Shown here: positions 17,702 through 22,701 of the stretch, piece after piece
Position numbering within the stretch: the stretch's first letter is position 1
Layout of the letters: the number at the start of each line of letters is the position of its first letter
Assembly: GCA_027452085.1 (NCBI GenBank)
Contig: DAIDHG010000013.1
Coordinates: 1-22,701, forward strand
From: a bacterium
GTDB taxonomy: Bacteria > Babelota > Babeliae > Babelales > JABCYS01
Direction of reading: 5' to 3'
DNA length: 22,701 nt
Position numbers and translations under genes: made by a program
Notes under the pieces: model-generated
Seen by the model: only the letters and a program-made list of their open reading frames with translations
Database searches by the model: none
What the model was told of the DNA's origin: nothing

Positions 17702-18983
17702 TCAAGTTTTTTTTCTTCTATGTTTCATTTCTACGCCTCTGTTGAGCACAAGCACCAGTGGTCAAAGGAAAAAAGATTTTCAAGCTCGATTTAGAGCCGC
17801 CTATGCATCGCGCATGAAAGAACATGAAGAAAGAAATAAAAATCTAGTTCCTGATGCCGGTGCGAGCTTAGACGACGAAATGACGCAGCTCCGTATGAAA
17901 ATTCGGCAGATATACATGATACCGGATGAAGAGCCAACCTATGCACCAGAAATTCTTGCCGGTGGCACAGCGGCCTTCCTCGGCGCCAATGGGTTAGCAC
18001 AAGCAAATTCGGCACGCTTTATAATAGAAGCTGGTGTTGCACTAACAACAATTAAATTAGCTGCAGCCGTTGCTGCAAGCAGCTATATCATCTATAAAAT
18101 CCGCCATTTTATGCGCGATGATGAAGGCGCCAAAAAATTGAAGAAGGAATATAAGGAGGATATGACGGCTTGGAAACGCGAATTTAGTCATCAATTGGGT
18201 AAAATCCATGAAGAGCAAGAGAAATTTCATGCCGAACAACGCCAAGATTTTAATGCTTTAAAAGTCGAGACCAAGGCGACTTATGAACGCCGCAAACAGA
18301 AAACCAAGGATATGCTTGCCACTGAATTTGCAAAGCAACGAGAAATAATCGATAAAGGTTTAAATGCGGCCACAAAAAAAATCGACGAAAAAATAAAAGA
18401 AAAAAAAGATTTAAGTGCGAGCGAGAAGGCAACGTTGCAAAAAATGATTGATAAGCTGCAAGCTCAAATGATCAAGGATCGGGAACAGTTCAATGAACTT
18501 TTAGCCGAACAAAAAGAGTTGGGCAAAAAAGAAAAAGAGCAATTATTAAAGACCATAAGCGAGCTTGAAGGGATATTGGCAGAAGCCAAAGGGGTACGAG
18601 AGCTACAGGCTCGAGAAGTTGGGTCTTTGCATGAAGCGGTCAGCCTCATAGAAAGAGGCAGCTATAAAAAGTTTATGGCGGAACTAGACAAGGTCAAAAA
18701 AACCATGGAAGAGACCCCGAAAAGAACTTTTATGGATAGACTTCGCGGTCGCCCTGGCCATAGTCGTGGCGTATCGCTCGGCGGCACAAGCTCAAGCCCA
18801 GATACTGCAGCTCGCTCTTCCAGCATGACTGAGGATGGCACCCCAGGTAGCGGACGGCCTATCCTAAGGCCTGGGGTAAAAAGGCTTTCCTTGGGCAACC
18901 TTGACCTTAAAGCCCTTGCTGAGCTTGCAAGAGAGAGCGCCCGCGCTGAGGGCGAAACCCAGGGCACTGGAAACGTTGGATAG
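17688..18983 (+). CDS. Exported/membrane-anchored long coiled-coil hypothetical protein (431 aa)
   Basis: AAAGGA RBS before ATG 17688, overlapping the previous gene end; signal-like N-terminus, ~50-aa Ala/Gly-rich hydrophobic stretch, long K/E-rich helical region, Ser/Gly/Arg-rich tail. Confidence 0.8.
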   Translation: MKMNNQVFFLLCFISTPLLSTSTSGQRKKDFQARFRAAYASRMKEHEERNKNLVPDAGASLDDEMTQLRMKIRQIYMIPDEEPTYAPEILAGGTAAFLGANGLAQANSARFIIEAGVALTTIKLAAAVAASSYIIYKIRHFMRDDEGAKKLKKEYKEDMTAWKREFSHQLGKIHEEQEKFHAEQRQDFNALKVETKATYERRKQKTKDMLATEFAKQREIIDKGLNAATKKIDEKIKEKKDLSASEKATLQKMIDKLQAQMIKDREQFNELLAEQKELGKKEKEQLLKTISELEGILAEAKGVRELQAREVGSLHEAVSLIERGSYKKFMAELDKVKKTMEETPKRTFMDRLRGRPGHSRGVSLGGTSSSPDTAARSSSMTEDGTPGSGRPILRPGVKRLSLGNLDLKALAELARESARAEGETQGTGNVG

Positions 18984-19091
18984 GCTAAAACAATTTTCAC
19001 ATAGCAAATTAATGGACTTTTAACCTTTTGCTATCATTATCAAATAGTGTAAATTGGGTTCTCCTTTGATAATCATACAAAGAGGGACACC

Positions 19092-19997
19092 ATGATAAAC
19101 TACAAGAAAAACCTCTTAATCTTAGCCCTACTGGCTGGCACTGGCATCGGTTTTGCCATGTTTGCCCGCCCGCTTCATCGTAGATCGGCTGCCCCAGTAG
19201 CAGTCTTTGACTTAGGCGGCGTTCTTTTTGAGGTCAACAATGGCAAGTTGATGAAGAAAAAGATCGGCATTGGCAAGATTATTTCCTATGTTTTAGGTTT
19301 TAACAACCCATTCAAACTACAAAAGAAAACATTCGATATTCTGTATCAAATGCGTGGCGAACAACGCCCCAAAAAGGGGCATATTCCAGATCCAATGCAC
19401 CCACTTGCTCGTGGCCTTCCTATGCCGGAGATTATGATAGAGTGGCAGTTAGGTCTGAAAACCCCTACAGAGTTATTGGATGAGGTGAATGAGTATGTTG
19501 CTCACCTTGCCCAAAACAAGCATTTTTCATCGGGCTTACAGCGTCGCCTCGTGCATACCATCCTTACCCATATCTTTGATGCCAAAGAGCGTATTGCATT
19601 CACTGAACCGATTAAGGAAGGCTGGGATTTACTGCATTGGTATAAGAAGAACGGTCATGAAATCTATATTCTTTCAAATATGGATCACGACACCATGGGG
19701 CTTCTACAAGAACATTACCCTGAATTGTTTGCACAAGTAAATGGCGTGGTATATTCAGCTGAAGTTAAAACCATGAAACCATGGCCTGATATATTCCAAC
19801 ATCTATTAGACAAATTCGGCTTACAAGCAGAGCAATGCACATTCTTCGATGACCAGCTCGAAAATATTAAGAGCGCGCAAAACCTAGGTTTTGGCACCGT
19901 TCATTGCAGCTCACCAAAAGCCATGAAGCAATGGTTTAAGCAGGTTAAGTCTGCAGAATCAGTAACCCTGCCAGCTGCTTCGCTGACCATAGCTTAA
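19092..19997 (+). CDS. HAD-superfamily phosphatase (YihX-like) with N-terminal signal/anchor
   Basis: Motif I VFDLGGVL, motif II ILSN, motif III KP, motif IV FFDD...N...A...G; N-terminus KKNLLILALLAGTGIGFA; GAGGGA RBS. Confidence 0.88.
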   Translation: MINYKKNLLILALLAGTGIGFAMFARPLHRRSAAPVAVFDLGGVLFEVNNGKLMKKKIGIGKIISYVLGFNNPFKLQKKTFDILYQMRGEQRPKKGHIPDPMHPLARGLPMPEIMIEWQLGLKTPTELLDEVNEYVAHLAQNKHFSSGLQRRLVHTILTHIFDAKERIAFTEPIKEGWDLLHWYKKNGHEIYILSNMDHDTMGLLQEHYPELFAQVNGVVYSAEVKTMKPWPDIFQHLLDKFGLQAEQCTFFDDQLENIKSAQNLGFGTVHCSSPKAMKQWFKQVKSAESVTLPAASLTIA

Positions 19998-20023
19998 TAC
20001 ATTGCTCATTACCCGAAGAACAG

Positions 20024-20055
20024 TAAAAATCCCTCCGTAACTGGAGGGATTTTTA
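20024..20055. terminator. Bidirectional intrinsic terminator
   Basis: Perfect 13-bp arms TAAAAATCCCTCC / GGAGGGATTTTTA with 6-nt loop, between the convergent HAD and DUF1328 genes. Confidence 0.85.
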
Positions 20056-20086
20056 TTTACTACGCCTGCTATTAACCGTACGAGGC

Positions 20087-20254
20087 TTATAGCCGACCAA
20101 CTAATCCTGCCACGATGGCGATCAGGAACAAAATTAAGAATACATAGAAAAGGATCACCGCAATATCGGTAGCCGCAATAGCTATGCCGCCGAAACCAAA
20201 GACACCTGCAATAATAGCTAATATAAGAAAGGCTAATGCCCAATTTAATAACAT
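20087..20254 (-). CDS. DUF1328 (YtjA-like) small membrane protein, 55 aa
   Basis: Not in the ORF track; manual translation [63 protein letters not shown]. Confidence 0.9.
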   Translation of the reverse strand: MLLNWALAFLILAIIAGVFGFGGIAIAATDIAVILFYVFLILFLIAIVAGLVGRL

Positions 20255-20266
20255 GCTTTTCCTTTT

Positions 20267-20473
20267 TTATTTACGAGAACGTGACGATGTTGAAGATGAT
20301 TTTTTGCGCGGCACTTTTGCGCCGGCCTTACGAGCTTGGCTTAAGCCAATAGCAACTGCTTGCTTACGGCTGGTTACCTTTTTGCCTGAACGCCCGCTTT
20401 TGAGTTTTCCTTTTTTAAACTCTTTCATTACTTTTTCAACTTTTTCGCCTGCTTTCTTGCCATAGCGTGCCAT
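20267..20473 (-). CDS. DUF6496-like small basic protein
   Basis: KVEKVMKEFKKGKLKSGRSGKKVTSRKQAVAIGLSQARKAG; start re-called at 20473 after GGAG. Confidence 0.83.
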   Translation of the reverse strand: MARYGKKAGEKVEKVMKEFKKGKLKSGRSGKKVTSRKQAVAIGLSQARKAGAKVPRKKSSSTSSRSRK

Positions 20474-20678
20474 CAGCATCTCCCGGTTTACATTGGTTAT
20501 TAAATTCACCGTAAGCGTAGTGCCGGTCACGAATCAAAAACAAGAGCCGGTTAAAAACATTGTCTTTTTGCCGCATCTTCAAGGAATATTATCAATGAAA
20601 ATGATGCAATGGCCAACGAAGAGCTGTCTCAAATTCCACATCCAGCGCAGCTTACTGAATGATAATTTTGATCTTAAC

Positions 20679-20718
20679 CAAAACAAATACCTCCAAGTTT
20701 TTGGAGGTATTTGTTTTG
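20679..20718. terminator. Perfect hairpin, probable terminator downstream of the Cys/His-rich gene
   Basis: 18-bp perfect arms CAAAACAAATACCTCCAA / TTGGAGGTATTTGTTTTG with 4-nt loop, 14 nt after the stop at 20733. Confidence 0.8.
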
Positions 20719-20732
20719 CGTAAAAGCTTCTA

Positions 20733-20924
20733 CTATTCTTCCTCGCAAATGCATTCACACTCAGCGCCAGAATGTTTATGTATCGGATGACTGGTGCCAT
20801 CCTTATGAATGCACATGCCATTTTTATGGACATGATGATGCTCGTTACCAGCTTTATCCATACATGCGGTAGAACATTTTTCATTCATGCAACAGCATGC
20901 TGATTTATTAGAATTATTCGCCAT
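20733..20924 (-). CDS. Small Cys/His-rich metallothionein-like protein (63 aa)
   Basis: 9 Cys and 8 His, no aromatic residues other than His; AAAGGA RBS before ATG; tandem stops TAG TAG; followed by a strong hairpin. Confidence 0.7.
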   Translation of the reverse strand: MANNSNKSACCCMNEKCSTACMDKAGNEHHHVHKNGMCIHKDGTSHPIHKHSGAECECICEEE

Positions 20925-21078
20925 GAGAGATTCCTTTTTAAATAATTTTGATATTTACCTTTAAACCTCCTTTTTGTCATGCCATAGATCCTCCCTGTTT
21001 TTAATATCCAAATCTTCGGCATATTATTTCGCCCCGATTAAAAATACAAGATAGGTAATCAAATCAATAAATAAACGA

Positions 21079-22266
21079 TTAAATTTTTTTGAGATGCCCA
21101 AGCACAATCGCAACCTCATCCGCTAAATTGTACATACCAAAACTTATACGCACAGCTGCATTTAAGCCCAACTGGTTGGCCAATGGCTGTGCGCAGTTGT
21201 GGCCGGCGCGAACGCAGATCTTAAATTGATTCAAATAAGCAGCAACATCATGCGCATGCATGCCATCTACAATGAAGCTAACTAAACTGCCATTCTTTTT
21301 TAAATCATCGATTGGGCCAAGAATTTTTACTTTTGAAATCTGTTGCAACCCTTCGATTAACTGGCCACACAATGCAATTTCATGTTTTTTTAATAGTTCA
21401 CGATCAAGGGTATGTAAAAAATCAATTGTAGCACCAAGGCCAATCACTTCGGTCATCGCCGGGGTGCCAGCTTCAAACTTGCGGGGAGCTGGCAGCCAGG
21501 TGGCATCATGATAGCCGGCTGAATAGACCATGCCCCCGCCATACTGATATGGCTCAACTTCATCATGAAGTGATTCTTTTATAAACAAGACCCCAATGCC
21601 ACTCGGCCCATACATTTTATGGCCTGAAAAAGCGAGAAAGTCGCAATCCAGATCTTTCACATCGATGTGCATATGCACCACCGATTGTGCGGCGTCAACC
21701 AAAATTTTGGCGCCAATCTCATGAGCCATTGCACCAATTTTTTTCACATCAATCTGCGTGCCAAGCACGTTTGAAGTATGCGCAATGGCAATCAGTTTTA
21801 CTTTGCTATCAATACATTGGGCGGCATGAACCATATCGAGGTTGCCATCTGTCTGCAAACGAATAACTCGTAGCTCTGCTCCCGTTTCCTTGCAGATTAC
21901 TTGCCATGGTAAAAGGTTACTGTGATGCTCAAGGGCAGAGATAACTATTACATCACCCTTCTTTAACGTTTTTGCGGCCCAGGCTCGCGCAATAAAGTTT
22001 ATACCTTCGGTGGTGCCGCGAGTAAAAATGATTTCATTGTTTTTGGCATTTAAAAACTGAGCAATCTTTGCTCGTGACTCATCAAATTTTGTGGTAGCCC
22101 GTTCGGCCAAATCGTAGATTGCTCGGTGCACGTTGGCATAGTCATTGAGATAAAATTGTTGCATAGAGTCAAGTACTTGTTGAGGTTTTTGCGCTGAAGC
22201 TGCGGTATCAAGATAAATAAGATCTGGGTTGTGATTAAAGAATGGGAATTGTTTCTTAATATTCAT
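21079..22266 (-). CDS. sufS: Cysteine desulfurase SufS (group II)
   Basis: YLDTAASAQKP, ANVHR, EHHSN..PWQ, VDAAQ, FSGHKMYGPSGIG, FEAGTP, RAGHNCAQP; downstream of sufD. Confidence 0.95.
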   Translation of the reverse strand: MNIKKQFPFFNHNPDLIYLDTAASAQKPQQVLDSMQQFYLNDYANVHRAIYDLAERATTKFDESRAKIAQFLNAKNNEIIFTRGTTEGINFIARAWAAKTLKKGDVIVISALEHHSNLLPWQVICKETGAELRVIRLQTDGNLDMVHAAQCIDSKVKLIAIAHTSNVLGTQIDVKKIGAMAHEIGAKILVDAAQSVVHMHIDVKDLDCDFLAFSGHKMYGPSGIGVLFIKESLHDEVEPYQYGGGMVYSAGYHDATWLPAPRKFEAGTPAMTEVIGLGATIDFLHTLDRELLKKHEIALCGQLIEGLQQISKVKILGPIDDLKKNGSLVSFIVDGMHAHDVAAYLNQFKICVRAGHNCAQPLANQLGLNAAVRISFGMYNLADEVAIVLGHLKKI

Positions 22267-22277
22267 ACTATAGAAAT

Positions 22278-22701
22278 TTATCTCATAAATGCATCAATGA
22301 GCAACTGTTTTGCGTGAATATCGTACATTCCGCGAGACTGCAAATAAAATAATGCTCCTGCATCGAGCTTGCCGACTGCGCTGCCGTGTTTGCATTGCAC
22401 ATTATTATTATGAATCTCTAAATTGGGGCTTGAACGCACCGTGGCTTGATCACCAAGCAACAAATTTTTATTGAACTGTGATGCCGTTGCCTGTTGCGCC
22501 TCTTGAGAGAGAATGATGGTGCCGTAGTAAAGCACGTGGGCGGCATCATGCGCCAACCCTTTAATAAGTACCGAACTTTTGGTTTCCGGCGCTGTGTGTT
22601 TTTGCACGATGGTCAGCGATAATTTCTGCTCGCCCGCAACCGAATATATACCACGCAGCTCTATCTCGCTCCTTGGCTCGGCCAATTTAAGTCGAATAAC
22701 G
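22278..22701 (-). CDS. sufD: Fe-S cluster assembly protein SufD, 3' part (start outside window)
   Basis: NKNLLL, SSPNLEIHNNNVQCKHGSAVGKLD...LFYLQSRG...AKQLLIDAF. Confidence 0.88.
   Translation of the reverse strand, partial: VIRLKLAEPRSEIELRGIYSVAGEQKLSLTIVQKHTAPETKSSVLIKGLAHDAAHVLYYGTIILSQEAQQATASQFNKNLLLGDQATVRSSPNLEIHNNNVQCKHGSAVGKLDAGALFYLQSRGMYDIHAKQLLIDAFMR

Noticed and set aside
20493..20884. ORFs 20493-20723 (+) and 20579-20884 (-)
   Set aside because: Both run through the 18-bp hairpin, the second overlaps the better-supported Cys/His gene, and neither has recognisable features.
1..22701. CRISPR array, prophage or recognisable defence operon
   Set aside because: No regularly spaced repeats, cas, integrase or phage structural genes seen; remaining short ORFs in the track are shadows inside longer genes.

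Overview
Bacterial chromosomal window (genetic code 11) with mostly housekeeping genes: dnaA (no adjacent dnaN; a 10-N scaffold gap inside it), pssA-psd, two tRNA-Arg genes (CCT, TCG), tlyA, a Deg2-like HtrA protease, alpha2-type GlyRS, a YqaA/DedA protein, kup, nurA and sufS plus partial sufD. These are interleaved with many signal-peptide-bearing orphan proteins, a pattern suggestive of a host-dependent lineage such as Ca. Dependentiae/Babeliae (inference only). Accessory or unusual elements: a secreted protein-kinase-like ORF co-oriented with an amidase and a C39-like peptidase and divergent from an NlpC/P60 enzyme; a ~155-nt structured intergenic RNA candidate; an intact 843-bp IS5-family (IS427-group) element with a -1 frameshift signal, an RBS-sequestering hairpin and flanking phased A-tracts; a decayed esterase pseudogene and a DUF1328 gene, both missed by the ORF track; a pair of membrane-anchored coiled-coil effector-like proteins; and a 63-aa Cys/His-rich metallothionein-like gene directly downstream of sufS. 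All calls come from motif reading by eye; no database searches were run.
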